Below are positions 28,670 through 38,604 of a DNA stretch of 44,983 bases, piece by piece. The notes below the pieces were generated by a model, which saw only the letters and a program-made list of their open reading frames with translations, had not been told where the DNA came from and made no database searches. Location of the stretch: the IMG/VR virus record IMGVR_UViG_2049941000_000845; one strand, given 5' to 3'. Position 1 is the stretch's first letter. The number at the start of each line of letters is the position of its first letter. The position numbers were made by a program, and so were the translations under genes. The DNA comes from an uncultured virus (IMG/VR IMGVR_UViG_2049941000_000845). Its lineage: Duplodnaviria > Heunggongvirae > Uroviricota > Caudoviricetes.

Positions 28670-30611
28670 TCAGTCCTTTCTGTAAAAATCTGTAGTGTAA
28701 CCGTCAGCTCGGAGAAGGAGTCCTTCCGCCCATGGCGGCGTTCTGCCCATCTGTTCGCAGACGGCTTCAAGCGACATTTTGGGGTTAGCTTCGATAATGA
28801 GCTCATCATGCACATGGGCGACGATGTCGCAGCAGCGGAGCGTTTTCACTGAATAGCAGAGGATATCTCTTGCCATGCCCTGGATGATGTTCTCCACGAA
28901 CTTGGGCCCATAGCTTTCAAGCCGCTCCCACTTTTTCACGCTGCCGACGCCCTCGTATGTCACCGACTCGCCGCCGAAACGGTTCTCGCCGATGCGGGGC
29001 TTCACATACGCCAGTTTTCTCCCGGAGGGGAGCGAGATGAACAGCATCCCGCTCCGGCACTCAAACTTCAGCCCGTGAAGCTCCGTTTCCGCTTTCCTTT
29101 TGATGGCGTCCTTCACACAGCGGTCAACGTCCCACCAGAGCTTTACAATATTCNNNNNNNNNNTGACCAGCGGCTGAAGCTCGTCCTCTTCAAGTCCCAT
29201 ATCGAGCGCGCCCATCGCTTTGAGCGCGCCGACCGAGCCGCCGTAACCGAGCGCCAGTTCCGCGATCTTACCTTTTTGCCGCAGGTGTCCGTTTACGCCG
29301 TTTTTCNNNNNNNNNNNNNNNNNNNNNNNNNNNNNNNNNNNNNNNNNNNNNNNNNNNNNNGGGGACTTTGAACATCTGTGTGGCCGAAGCACAGTAGATG
29401 TCGCCGCCTCCGGCAAAAACATCCATGCGCCACTGCTCTCCTGCAAGCCATGCGATGACCCTTGCCTCAATGGCGGAGAAATCGGATACAAAGAACGTCC
29501 TGCCTTTTCGGGGAACAAACGCCGTGCGGATCAGCTGCGAGAGCGTGTCGGGAACGTCGCCATAAATCATCTCAACACCATCGTAATCGCCGGAGCGGAC
29601 AAGTGCGCGTGCTTCAGACAGATCCGGCAGATGATTCTGAGGCAGATTCTGCAGCTGAATGATACGACCGGCAAATCGGCCGGTTCGATTGGCTCCGTAA
29701 AACTGGAACATTCCTCTCGCACGGCTGTCGGAGCAGACGGCGTTCTGCATTGCCGTGTATTTCTTTATGGATGACTTTGCGAGCTGCTGTCTGAGTTCAA
29801 GCACGGGACGCAGCTCTGCAGGGCAGTCTTTCAACATGGCGGCGACTTCTTTCTTGCCGAGGGAATCGACCTNNNNNNNNNNCCGCGAGAGGTCGTCCAT
29901 CCGTATGGCCTGTCTGACCAGTTCCATGTCAATGCCAATTCCACGGTCATTGATTTCCTGATCGATGTGGTATTCGTCCCAGATATCCGGCGATACGGGA
30001 AAGTTAATGAGTTTCTGCTGAATCCCCATCTCCGTTTCCACGTCGCGGACGTTGTATGCCTTGAACCGCGCCCACTTCTCCGGGGCGTGTTCCGGCAGAT
30101 TACGGGTTCTGCCTCCGTTTGCAGCGGTTTCTTTGCATGGAACGCAAAAATACCGGATAAGTTCTTTCCCTTCGGTCAGCTTCTGCTTCTCAAGTCCCAG
30201 CACCGCGCCGACGCCCTCAAGGGAGAGGGGCAAACCAAGCGTTGCCGCCCACACCATGGAACAGCGCCAGCCCTCCGGGTTCAGAAAGCGGGCACATTCT
30301 GTGGAGAGCGGATGATTATCGTGAAACGGGTCAAGGCTGACTCCGAGGTCGGAGAGATAGCGGGACAGGCATACCCGCTCAAACTGTGCGTTGAACGCCC
30401 ATTTTGCCACGCTGTCATCTGTCAGAGCATCGAGAATATCCGCCGGAATCGTCTCTCCGGCAGTCAGGTCGATCACGTTGACCCTGCCGCCGTCAACGGC
30501 GTATCCGAAAAGAAGAATTACAAAATCCGGCGATTCTGCGTATTTGTAGACGCCACACTTGCCGAGATCGACGCTGCTGAAGGTTTCAATGTCTATACTG
30601 AGGGATTTCAT
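28670..30611 (-). CDS. Phage DNA polymerase, family A (several gaps)
   Basis: SIDIET exonuclease, TGRFAG, SDFSAIEARV, RQKGKIAELALGYG, HVHDE. Confidence 0.93.
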
Positions 30612-30675
30612 TGTCACCATCCTTCCAAACGAAGGAGGGCGGCAAGGGAGGCCCCTGCCGCCGCTCCCGTTCAGC

Positions 30676-30855
30676 TTACTTGANNNNNNNNNNCAGTTCG
30701 CGGGCTTCGCGCTCAACCTCGCGCTTTTTGAGCTTGTGATCGTTAATGATGCTCTGGACAAAATTCACGACCATGGTGAGGCACATGAGGCTGAAACAGC
30801 CGAGGAGAATGTTGACAAGCAGTTCGGTGAGTGCGCTTACGGTTGTTGCTTCCAT
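30676..30855 (-). CDS. Small membrane protein
   Basis: GGAGG RBS; MEATTVSALTELLVNILLGCFSLMCLTMVVNFVQ hydrophobic run then charged tail; end approximate because of gap. Confidence 0.55.
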   Translation of the reverse strand: MEATTVSALTELLVNILLGCFSLMCLTMVVNFVQSIINDHKLKKREVEREARELXXXXK

Positions 30856-30869
30856 GTCACACGCCCTCC

Positions 30870-31433
30870 TTAACCGAGAAAGTCTTCATCTTCGTCCGTC
30901 GCGAAGTCATCCTCCGCACGGCTCTTGCCGCCGAGGGGTTCTCCGTCGCGGATCTTCTGAAGGTTGTTCAGACCGCAGGCAATACCCTTGTTGCCGTTGG
31001 AGTTGAAAGCGTAGAAGTTGATGCTAGCGCGCCCGTAGACACCGCTGTATACCTCAGAGGTATCGAGGATGGGCTGTCTGTCCGCATCCACAATACCGGG
31101 AGCCGTCGCACTGTTGGCGTTGATGAAATAAGCGTTTCTGTACGCCTCGTCATCGTGTCTCTCAAGGTCGCCGTCGCGAAGCGGAGTCTTGAGCGTGGAG
31201 AGTGCGGGAACGGATTTGCCGTTGCCCTTGAGCTTGCTTTCGCCCTCTTCGTAGGCAGCCTGGATGGCTGCCTTGATTTTCTCGACGGTTCTGACGTCGC
31301 TCTTGGGAATGATGAGACTGACAGAGTACTTCGGAGTGCCGCCGTTGATGGACTTGGGGTTCCACACGTTTACGTAAGACCATCTGGTCTGGGGACCGGT
31401 AATAACCTTGGTGGGATTGCTGAAATTTGACAT
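30870..31433 (-). CDS. DUF2815 single-stranded DNA-binding protein
   Basis: KYSVSLIIPK, PLRDGD, YSGVYGRASI, GLNNLQK, acidic tail DEDEDFLG. Confidence 0.9.
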   Translation of the reverse strand: MSNFSNPTKVITGPQTRWSYVNVWNPKSINGGTPKYSVSLIIPKSDVRTVEKIKAAIQAAYEEGESKLKGNGKSVPALSTLKTPLRDGDLERHDDEAYRNAYFINANSATAPGIVDADRQPILDTSEVYSGVYGRASINFYAFNSNGNKGIACGLNNLQKIRDGEPLGGKSRAEDDFATDEDEDFLG

Positions 31434-32471
31434 TTAGNNNNNNNNNNTGAAATCATCTTGTGCCGTATTCATGATCGGCCTTTTGTCTGTGTCCGGTACA
31501 AGGACCGGTTTGCCCTGCGGCTTAACAATGAACGCCGCAAGAAGCTCATTGAATTTCTGCTTTCCGAGAAGCTTCTGCATCTCGGTCAGTCCAAGGACCT
31601 TATGGGCATACGGATCATACCCGGCATCGCTCACGACCTGTGCGACTGCGTCCTCGTTTGTGTACTTCCTTGCCGAGCGTCCCTCGACCACCTTGTAGCC
31701 GGGATAGCGAACGCCGTGCAAAGCCTGAGACAATGCGTATTCTTTGACGTCCGTTACCCAGGAGGCGAGTTCGTCCGCCCGGTCGAGAACTGCGGCAATT
31801 TCAGTCTCGTCAAGGGTATCTGCCGGAGCAAAGTCGTACTGCGCCATCTTCAGATTCTCTTCGGCGCGTTTCCTGCATATCGCTTTTGCTTTGCAGAATC
31901 GGCACCAGTCGCCACAGGCAAAATCGCCGCTGCCTTCATAAGCAAGAGCGNNNNNNNNNNTCCGTACCTCTTCGATATCGTAGATACCGTCGAAGATCTC
32001 CAGAGCACCGAGCGCATACAGCATCATCTGCGGATTGCTTTCGGCGGAGACCTCCACACCCTTGCCATGCTTGTAATCGACGACGTTCATCGTGCCGTCC
32101 GCGATGATGATGCAGTCGGCGGTTCCGAACCCGTTCTCCACGAAGCGGGAGAAGTCCACCCGCTGTTCCACAAGCACCACGGGGTCGGTACAGGTTTCCT
32201 TTGCCTTCTCAAGCAGCTCCAGAACATAGGAAGCGTAGTTCTCGGCACATTCCTCCATCTCACCGTTGTACCAGCTGAGATGTTCCGTCGGATCGATTGC
32301 CGGCATTCCGAGCAGATTTCTGAGCTTGAACTCGCAAAGGCTGTGTGCGTCGGTTCCTTCCTGGGCGTACTCGCTGCCCTTGTCCGGGATGCCCTCGCTG
32401 AGCCGCACGGAAGGTGTACAGTTCAGCCAACGGTGGCTTGCCGAAGCGGAGAGGAGCGCGTGTTTACCCAT
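31434..32471 (-). CDS. DUF2800 PD-(D/E)XK (Cas4-like) nuclease
   Basis: HALLSASASHRWLNC, FGTADC, VDYKHG, QMMLYALG, WCRFCKAKAIC. Confidence 0.9.
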   Translation of the reverse strand: MGKHALLSASASHRWLNCTPSVRLSEGIPDKGSEYAQEGTDAHSLCEFKLRNLLGMPAIDPTEHLSWYNGEMEECAENYASYVLELLEKAKETCTDPVVLVEQRVDFSRFVENGFGTADCIIIADGTMNVVDYKHGKGVEVSAESNPQMMLYALGALEIFDGIYDIEEVRXXXXALAYEGSGDFACGDWCRFCKAKAICRKRAEENLKMAQYDFAPADTLDETEIAAVLDRADELASWVTDVKEYALSQALHGVRYPGYKVVEGRSARKYTNEDAVAQVVSDAGYDPYAHKVLGLTEMQKLLGKQKFNELLAAFIVKPQGKPVLVPDTDKRPIMNTAQDDFXXXX

Positions 32472-32814
32472 TACCCAGCACCTCCGCTTCCTTCATGATC
32501 GACGGGAACTCCGCAGGGTCGATCTCGGAGAGCTTGTTCGCACCGTGGGCGGTGATGATTGCTCTGACCTGCGCCGTAAAGCCGTCCCTCGATTTTTCCG
32601 CAAGTAGCGCACGGACGTCAGCAAGAGCGGGAGCCTTCTTTTCCGGCTCACTCTTTTTCGGAGTGGGTTTCTCAGCTTCGGGAGCATCCTTCGGTTCATC
32701 GGTCTTATCAGACCCGCAGAACAGATCGCGCAGTGAATCAGAAATGCCGATCAGGATTTCGCCGCAGTGCCGAAGCTCTTCAATCTCCGCCGCAAGTTGA
32801 CTCATTTTTGACAT
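32464..32814 (-). CDS. Conserved phage replication-module hypothetical protein
   Basis: AAGGAGG RBS; LADVRALLAEKSRDG...GANKLSEIDP. Confidence 0.75.
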   Translation of the reverse strand: MSKMSQLAAEIEELRHCGEILIGISDSLRDLFCGSDKTDEPKDAPEAEKPTPKKSEPEKKAPALADVRALLAEKSRDGFTAQVRAIITAHGANKLSEIDPAEFPSIMKEAEVLGNG

Positions 32815-33016
32815 CGGTTTTACCTCCTTCCTTGACCTCACTGATGTTCACGGATTCGACTGTCTGTCCGGGAGAGAGGAGATAAACCTGCGTGTAATCC
32901 CCGAAGAGGAATTTCACGAGTCGTTCGGGTAGTCTCCTGATTGCGCCTCGCAGGACCGTAGCCTTTCTGCCGTTCGGATCAGTGACGTTGATGGTGATTT
33001 TGTGCTTCATTGCCAT
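32780..33016 (-). CDS. Conserved small phage protein
   Basis: GAGG RBS; MAMKHKITINV...FLFG...LSPGQTVESVNISE. Confidence 0.7.
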   Translation of the reverse strand: MAMKHKITINVTDPNGRKATVLRGAIRRLPERLVKFLFGDYTQVYLLSPGQTVESVNISEVKEGGKTDVKNESTCGGD

Positions 33017-33083
33017 TCGGTCACCTCGCTTTCCGTAAGGGCTTCTGCCTTACAAGTCACAGTCAAAGAAAAAGGGCGGGATT

Positions 33084-33797
33084 TTAACCCCGCCCGAAAA
33101 AAGTCACGTTTTTTTCTTTCTGCTCTTCGATGCGCTCCAGCGCCTTTTTCAGATGCTTATTAATGTTCGGAATGCTTGTCCCCAGGAGATCTGCCGCTTC
33201 GGTCTGGGTGNNNNNNNNNNGAATGCAGGACTTTGATGTCTGCCTCGGTCACACCGTCTTCGCCGGGGCGGAGGGTGACGCTTGTTCCGTCGCCGAAACG
33301 GAACGTGTAGGTGCCTCTGTTGTCGCTTCTTGTCTTTTTGAATCTCATTGATTGTCCTTTCCCCTGATTTCCGGGAAAAGGGCATCGGATACAGATAAAG
33401 GCTGGAGTGCTTCTGGAGCCGCTCCGACCTTACCGCCTGCAAAAGGGTATAAGGAAGAAAGGGTACTCCATATCGCACCTTCGCCGCCGAAGCGGCTTGT
33501 CCGATATATGTATCCTTTGCCCTTATACGTAATCAGGCATTGAANNNNNNNNNNCGGTAGACATCCCGCTGGATGTCGGTCAGAAACCAGAGAATGCGCC
33601 GTATCATCTCATCCTCGGTCTCGTCTTCAAAATCCGGCATCGCTGCGGTCTCGGCAAGAACCCGGCTCTTGTCTGTGCCGTCTTCGTCGTCATCGCCTGC
33701 GATGTAGTCAAAGGAGATGTTCCAGTTTGCAGGGTACCGTTCACCGGGGTGCGCTGCCTCCCACTCCTTTTTTGCCGCTTTCTTCGCTCCCGTCATC
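33084..33797 (-). CDS. Sigma-70 region-4-like regulator; start 33348, middle block displaced to 33555-33797
   Basis: GEDGVTEADIKVLH; WNISFD...LTDIQRDVY; TQTEAADLLGTSIPNINKHLKKALERI HTH. Confidence 0.65.
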
Positions 33798-34099
33798 GGC
33801 GGGCGGGCGGTTTTTGTNNNNNNNNNNNNNNNNNNNNNNNNNNNNNNNNNNNNNNNNNNNNNNNNNNNNNNNNNNNNNNNNNNNNNNNNNNNNNNNNNNN
33901 NNNNNNNNNNNNNNNNNNNNNNNNNNNNNNNNNNNNNNNNNNNNNNNNNNNNNNNNNNNNNNNNNNNNNNNCCGCTTATTACCGCTGAGAAGAACTCCCT
34001 CTGTTGGGTAGCCTCGGGAGAAGATCGAAACTGACGGTCGGGATCAAAAAACCGAAATCTGTTCAAAAAATGTTTACGTCCTTATCGCAAACATAATAT

Positions 34100-34128
34100 T
34101 TGACTTTTGAACTTGCGTGTGCTATAAT
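34100..34128 (+). promoter_or_regulatory. Near-consensus sigma-A promoter for the defence operon
   Basis: TTGACT-17 bp-TATAAT with extended TG. Confidence 0.85.
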
Positions 34129-34178
34129 GTATTTGGTCTCTTTTTGACCACACCCGTTGTCTCCCAGGAGCCGACTTC

Positions 34179-34240
34179 ATTATATAAAATCGGTTTTTTA
34201 ATCCGGGGATGGTTTGGTGCATCCCGGTGCGCCGTGGTGC
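34179..34240 (-). promoter_or_regulatory. Leftward -10 box with three phased GGTGC repeats
   Basis: TATAAT (minus) at 34179-34184; GGTGC at 34216, 34226, 34236. Confidence 0.5.
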
Positions 34241-34268
34241 AAATCAGGAAAAGGAGTGTCATGCCAAC

Positions 34269-35309
34269 GTGGAATTCAAAACGCTGTTTTCAATTCTGAA
34301 AAAGCATCTTGCCGATGGCGATGATGTTCCATACTTCTTCCGTGAGCTGATGGCCATGATTACGACGGTAACCGAGGATGAATGGGGAACGGGAAAGGAC
34401 CCTTCCGTAAAACTGAGTGATGAAACGATCAGAAGCTATACCAAGCGTGGACTGCCTAAAAAACTGGCGTGCGCCATTGTGTACCGGCTTACCCCCGAAA
34501 TACTGGCTGAGAGGATCAATGAGCGAAGCGAAACATCAAGGCAGCTTCTCGCCGAAGATTTGAAAGGCTATGACGCTTCCGTCGATGCAGATAGTGTTGC
34601 CGAGGCTGTTTCCAAATGGATCGTAGAAATCGTTCAAAATGCTGCTGGGCTTGTTCCGCAGAACGCGTTGCAGAAGCAACAGCAGATGCAGCTTGCCATC
34701 GATTTGAAAACCAGATTCGGCGACTATCTTCTTGGAGAGACCGACGGCTANNNNNNNNNNNNNNNNNNNNNNNNNNNNNNNNNNNNNNNNNNNNNNNNNN
34801 NNNNNNNNNNNNNNNNNNNNNNNNNNNNNNNNNNNNNNNNNNNNNNNNNNNNNNNNNNNNNNNNNNNNNNNNNNNNNNNNGTCCATCTGCTTGACAGTCT
34901 GCCGCTCGAAAGGGGCATCGTCGGAGTAATCAGCCGGATAAAGAAACTCGGCGAGAAAGAACTGTCGGATGCTTCGCTTGATCCGAAAGAAATCAAGCAG
35001 AAGCTCAGTCCGTCTCAGGATATGGCTCTTTATCTTGCCGTCAATAATTATGTGACGACCTATTTTCGGCGGATCAAAGAAATCATGATGAACCTTGATA
35101 AGCGCGGGGAAATCGACTATGACGAGATTCAGGATCAGATTCACGCCTTTTACAAACGGTTGAAAAAGGCCAACAAGACACGACCGGAGATATTTAACGA
35201 GATTGTGGGCAAGGTTCATCGTGTAACGCTACAGGATGACATCTACTGCCAGATCGTTGTCTCCTACTTCGTGCAGAGTTGTGAGGTGTTCGATGCAATT
35301 ACCAAATAA
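34269..35309 (+). CDS. ABC-three-component / Lamassu-like effector (LmuA-like)
   Basis: Probable GTG start after AAGGAG; C-terminus NNYVTTYF...IVVSYFVQSCEVF typical of ABC-3C CTDs; central part in gap. Confidence 0.7.
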   Translation: MEFKTLFSILKKHLADGDDVPYFFRELMAMITTVTEDEWGTGKDPSVKLSDETIRSYTKRGLPKKLACAIVYRLTPEILAERINERSETSRQLLAEDLKGYDASVDADSVAEAVSKWIVEIVQNAAGLVPQNALQKQQQMQLAIDLKTRFGDYLLGETDGXXXXXXXXXXXXXXXXXXXXXXXXXXXXXXXXXXXXXXXXXXXXVHLLDSLPLERGIVGVISRIKKLGEKELSDASLDPKEIKQKLSPSQDMALYLAVNNYVTTYFRRIKEIMMNLDKRGEIDYDEIQDQIHAFYKRLKKANKTRPEIFNEIVGKVHRVTLQDDIYCQIVVSYFVQSCEVFDAITK

Positions 35310-35517
35310 GCTGTATTCGTATAAATCAAGCACACTGGCTCTTGTTCCTGTTGTATTGCAGGCGCTACAGAACGGCCCGGTAGAAGTCAAAAATCTGTTC
35401 ATTGAGGTGAAACCGCATCTGGCAGACGCCACCGATTTCCTGTCGGTGCTGGACTGCCTGTATGCACTTCGTGCGGTCGATATCAATGACGAAGGAGAGG
35501 TATACTCATGCTTATAG
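35293..35517 (+). CDS. ABC-3C middle component (LmuC-like)
   Basis: MQLPNKLYSYKSS...DFLSVLDCLYAL; overlaps both neighbours. Confidence 0.75.
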   Translation: MQLPNKLYSYKSSTLALVPVVLQALQNGPVEVKNLFIEVKPHLADATDFLSVLDCLYALRAVDINDEGEVYSCL

Positions 35518-37166
35518 AAATGACCTCACCCGTCTTCAGGGAAAAAGGAAAAGAACGACCTCCGATCCGCTTCAAAGAGGGATTGAATGTCGTTCTTGGA
35601 AAAGAGGATGGCGAGAACTCCATCGGAAAGTCCTCCGCCATGCTTGCTATAGATTTTGTTTTCGGAGGGAACAGCTATCTTGCCAGCGACGGTGTGAAGC
35701 ACATCGGTGACCACACCATCTTCTTCGCATTTGAGTTTGACAGAAATATATATCGTTTTGCCCGTAACACTGCATCCCCGGATGAAATCCAAGTGTGCTC
35801 GGATGGGTATCAGCTGACAGGAGTCGTCTGGACGAAAGCAGAATTTACCGACTGGCTAAAGACCAACTACAAAATCAATTTCCTTGGGCTGTCTTTCCGT
35901 GAAACCGTGAGTACCTTCTTCCGCATCTACGGAAAAGATAACACAGACGAGCGCAGACCCCTCAAGGGAATACCGGGACAGAGTATGCAAAAGTCCATCG
36001 ACATCCTCGTAAAGCTGTTTGATCGCTACAAGGACGTCGAGGTCTTTAACGGGCGATTGGAAGAACAGAAAAAGAAACTGGCGGCGTATCGCGATGCCAG
36101 GAAGTACCGTTTCGTTCCGGATCTCGTTGGCGGTAAGACACAATATGATGAAAATGTGGCTCAGATCAGAAGCCTGCAGATTGAACTTGACAATCTGACC
36201 GCAGAACAGGTCGATGGCCAGAATAAAGTTGATATTGAGAAAAGCAGACTGAAATCACAGCTTCAGGCAAGCAAACTGCGCCTTGAAACCGAACTGCAGG
36301 CGAAGCAGCGCAGACTCAGCCTTCTTGACATGAGTTTGGAATACGGTCTATATCCGACAGAGGCTGATTTGTCTGCGCTCCAGGAGTTCTTTCCCGGAGT
36401 TAATATCAGAAAACTGTATGAGGTGGAAAAGTATCATCAGAAACTTGCCGCCATCCTCAACGAACAGTTCTCTGCCGAACGCCAATCTGTGCAAGGCGAG
36501 ATTGTCGCACTACAGGAGCAGATCAAAGCCTTACAGGAGCAGATCAGCCAGCTTGGTTTTGTCGGAAATCTCTCCAAGGAGTTTCTTGACAAGCATTCGG
36601 AAATCAAGGCCAGAATCGACGCTCTGAAAGCGCAGAATGCTGCGTATCTCACACTTACCGAATTGCAGGATGCCCGTAAAAAGGCCGATGATATGTTGAA
36701 ACGGGCAATCGAGGACATCCTGGCGGATATCGAACGTGCTATCAACGATAAGATGAAGGAGTTCAATGACTCCCTCTTCTCGGAGGCCCGCAAAGCTCCT
36801 TATCTGCATTTCAATGAATACAACAGTTATAGTTTTGAGACGCCGGACGATACCGGAACGGGATCAAACTATAAAGGCATGGTCATCTATGACCTTGCGA
36901 TTCTATATCTCACGGCGCTTCCGGCTATAGCGCATGACTCCCTTATTCTGAAGAATATAGGTGACGGTGCTATTGACGGGATCATGAAAATCTACGCGAG
37001 GAGCAGAAAGCAGGTGTTTATAGCGTTCGACAAGCAAGCGGCATACCGACCGGATACACAAAGAATATTAGCTGACAACACCGTATTGAAATTGTCCGAT
37101 GGTAACTGTGAACTTTATGGTGAGTCATGGAATAAAGAGGTATCTCAAAATGAAGATGAGTTATAA
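35508..37166 (+). CDS. SMC-like ABC ATPase, DUF2326 type (LmuB-like)
   Basis: GLNVVLG...NSIGKSS Walker A, long coiled coil, DTGTGS signature, AIAHDS Walker B, QVFIAFD. Confidence 0.85.
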   Translation: MLIEMTSPVFREKGKERPPIRFKEGLNVVLGKEDGENSIGKSSAMLAIDFVFGGNSYLASDGVKHIGDHTIFFAFEFDRNIYRFARNTASPDEIQVCSDGYQLTGVVWTKAEFTDWLKTNYKINFLGLSFRETVSTFFRIYGKDNTDERRPLKGIPGQSMQKSIDILVKLFDRYKDVEVFNGRLEEQKKKLAAYRDARKYRFVPDLVGGKTQYDENVAQIRSLQIELDNLTAEQVDGQNKVDIEKSRLKSQLQASKLRLETELQAKQRRLSLLDMSLEYGLYPTEADLSALQEFFPGVNIRKLYEVEKYHQKLAAILNEQFSAERQSVQGEIVALQEQIKALQEQISQLGFVGNLSKEFLDKHSEIKARIDALKAQNAAYLTLTELQDARKKADDMLKRAIEDILADIERAINDKMKEFNDSLFSEARKAPYLHFNEYNSYSFETPDDTGTGSNYKGMVIYDLAILYLTALPAIAHDSLILKNIGDGAIDGIMKIYARSRKQVFIAFDKQAAYRPDTQRILADNTVLKLSDGNCELYGESWNKEVSQNEDEL

Positions 37167-37359
37167 AAAACTGTGGAAGCTACTGATTGACAAAGATATG
37201 AAGAAGACAGATTTGCGAAAAGCGGCGGGCATCAGTTCATCTTCCCTTGCGAAACTCGGCAAGGATGAGAACGTCACCACAGATGTGCTGCTACGCATCT
37301 GTAAAGCACTTGACTGCGAACTCGATGATATTGTGGAAATCGAGCGGGCCGAAAAATAA
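37150..37359 (+). CDS. XRE / Cro-C1 HTH regulator
   Basis: MSYKKLWKLLIDKDMKKTDL...AGISSSSLAKLGKDENV...IC.ALDC...DI. Confidence 0.92.
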   Translation: MKMSYKKLWKLLIDKDMKKTDLRKAAGISSSSLAKLGKDENVTTDVLLRICKALDCELDDIVEIERAEK

Positions 37360-37365
37360 AAAATG

Positions 37366-37389
37366 CTCATTGCCTTTTAGGGCAATGAG
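37366..37389. promoter_or_regulatory. 9-bp inverted repeat between XRE gene and methyltransferase
   Basis: CTCATTGCC-N6-GGCAATGAG. Confidence 0.5.
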
Positions 37390-38604
37390 ATGTCGATAGA
37401 AAGGAAAAGGCTTATGATGGACTCAATTGAACTCTTCAGCGGGACCGGCGGTCTCGCTCTCGGACTTCAGCTGTCCGGGTTCAATCATACGGCTCTTTAT
37501 GAATGGGACAAGGATTCCTGTGACAACTTGAAGTTCAACATTCAAAACGGGTATCCGGCCATCAAAGAATGGCAGGTGTACCAGACTGATGTGCGAACGG
37601 TTCATTATGATGGTTACACAGGAAAGATTCAGCTTGTTGCCGGCGGGCCTCCGTGTCAGCCGTTCTCCCTCGGCGGGAAACACCAGGCATATAACGACAA
37701 GCGAGACATGTTCCCGGAGGCAGTCCGGGCAGTCCGCGAGGTCAGACCGAAGGTCTTCATCTTCGAGAATGTTCGCGGCTTATTGAGGAAGTCATTCAGC
37801 GAGTATTTCAACTACATCCTTCTTCAATTACAGCACCCGGAGATTATTAAAGGTACTGATATGACCTGGTTGGATCATCTTGCCCTGTTAGAGAAGCATC
37901 ATACCGCTGGCACGGAAGACGGGCTCTCCTATAACGTGGTATTCCGTCTGCTGAATGCGGCGGACTACGGTGTCCCGCAGATCCGTCAGCGTGTTATCAT
38001 CGTCGGGTTCCGAAGCGATTACAATGCAAGTTGGGCATTCCCGGAACCGTCCCATTCACAGGAAGCGTTGCTGTATTCCAAGTGGATATCGAGAGACTAC
38101 TGGGACGAGCATCATCTGAAAATGCCCACCGAGATTCCGCTGACAAAGGCGAAGCTGACGGCTGTACAGAAAGCCGTTGAAGAAGGATTGTGTCCTTCCT
38201 CGCGTTGGCAGACGGTGAGAGACGCCATCGGGGATCTTCCCGATCCGACGATGCCGTATGATGTTTCTGTATATCGTAACCATGAACACAGACCCGGCGC
38301 CAAGCTCTATGCCGGACACTCCGGGAGTATCATGGACGAGCCCTCAAAAACAATAAAAGCCGGGGCACATGGCGTCCCCGGCGGTGAAAATACAGTTGTC
38401 CTTGATGATGGCAGCGTCCGCTACTATACCGTTCGGGAAAGTGCGCGGATACAGACCTTCCCCGATGATTATCTGTTCAGCGCGTCCTGGACAGAAAGTA
38501 TGCGGCAGATAGGAAACGCTGTCCCCGTCAAGCTCGCCGCAGCAGTCGGCAAATCCGTTTATGACCAGATGGAAAGGATGATGAAGAATGGCACCGAGAA
38601 ATAA
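37390..38604 (+). CDS. Type II C5 DNA methyltransferase (Eco29kI-like system)
   Basis: ELFSGTGG, GGPPCQPFS, FENVRG, PQIRQR, RESARIQTFP, IGNAVP; true start may be a few codons later. Confidence 0.93.
   Translation: MSIERKRLMMDSIELFSGTGGLALGLQLSGFNHTALYEWDKDSCDNLKFNIQNGYPAIKEWQVYQTDVRTVHYDGYTGKIQLVAGGPPCQPFSLGGKHQAYNDKRDMFPEAVRAVREVRPKVFIFENVRGLLRKSFSEYFNYILLQLQHPEIIKGTDMTWLDHLALLEKHHTAGTEDGLSYNVVFRLLNAADYGVPQIRQRVIIVGFRSDYNASWAFPEPSHSQEALLYSKWISRDYWDEHHLKMPTEIPLTKAKLTAVQKAVEEGLCPSSRWQTVRDAIGDLPDPTMPYDVSVYRNHEHRPGAKLYAGHSGSIMDEPSKTIKAGAHGVPGGENTVVLDDGSVRYYTVRESARIQTFPDDYLFSASWTESMRQIGNAVPVKLAAAVGKSVYDQMERMMKNGTEK

Noticed and set aside
31434..32471. Cas4-like nuclease as evidence of CRISPR
   Set aside because: Standard DUF2800 phage replication gene; no repeat-spacer array or other cas genes seen
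2045..32498. Many long plus-strand ORFs (e.g. 10907-12286, 18191-20152, 23109-24053)
   Set aside because: Antisense shadows of GC-rich phage genes with no recognisable motifs
33074..33095. GGGCGGG/CCCGCCC hairpin as terminator of the sigma-like gene
   Set aside because: The reading frame runs into the stem (stop at 33084), so a terminator cannot be told apart from a promoter or operator element
1..33800. Apparent frameshifts or pseudogenes in structural and replication genes
   Set aside because: All coincide with N gaps; no frameshift seen in contiguous sequence apart from the chaperone slippery site
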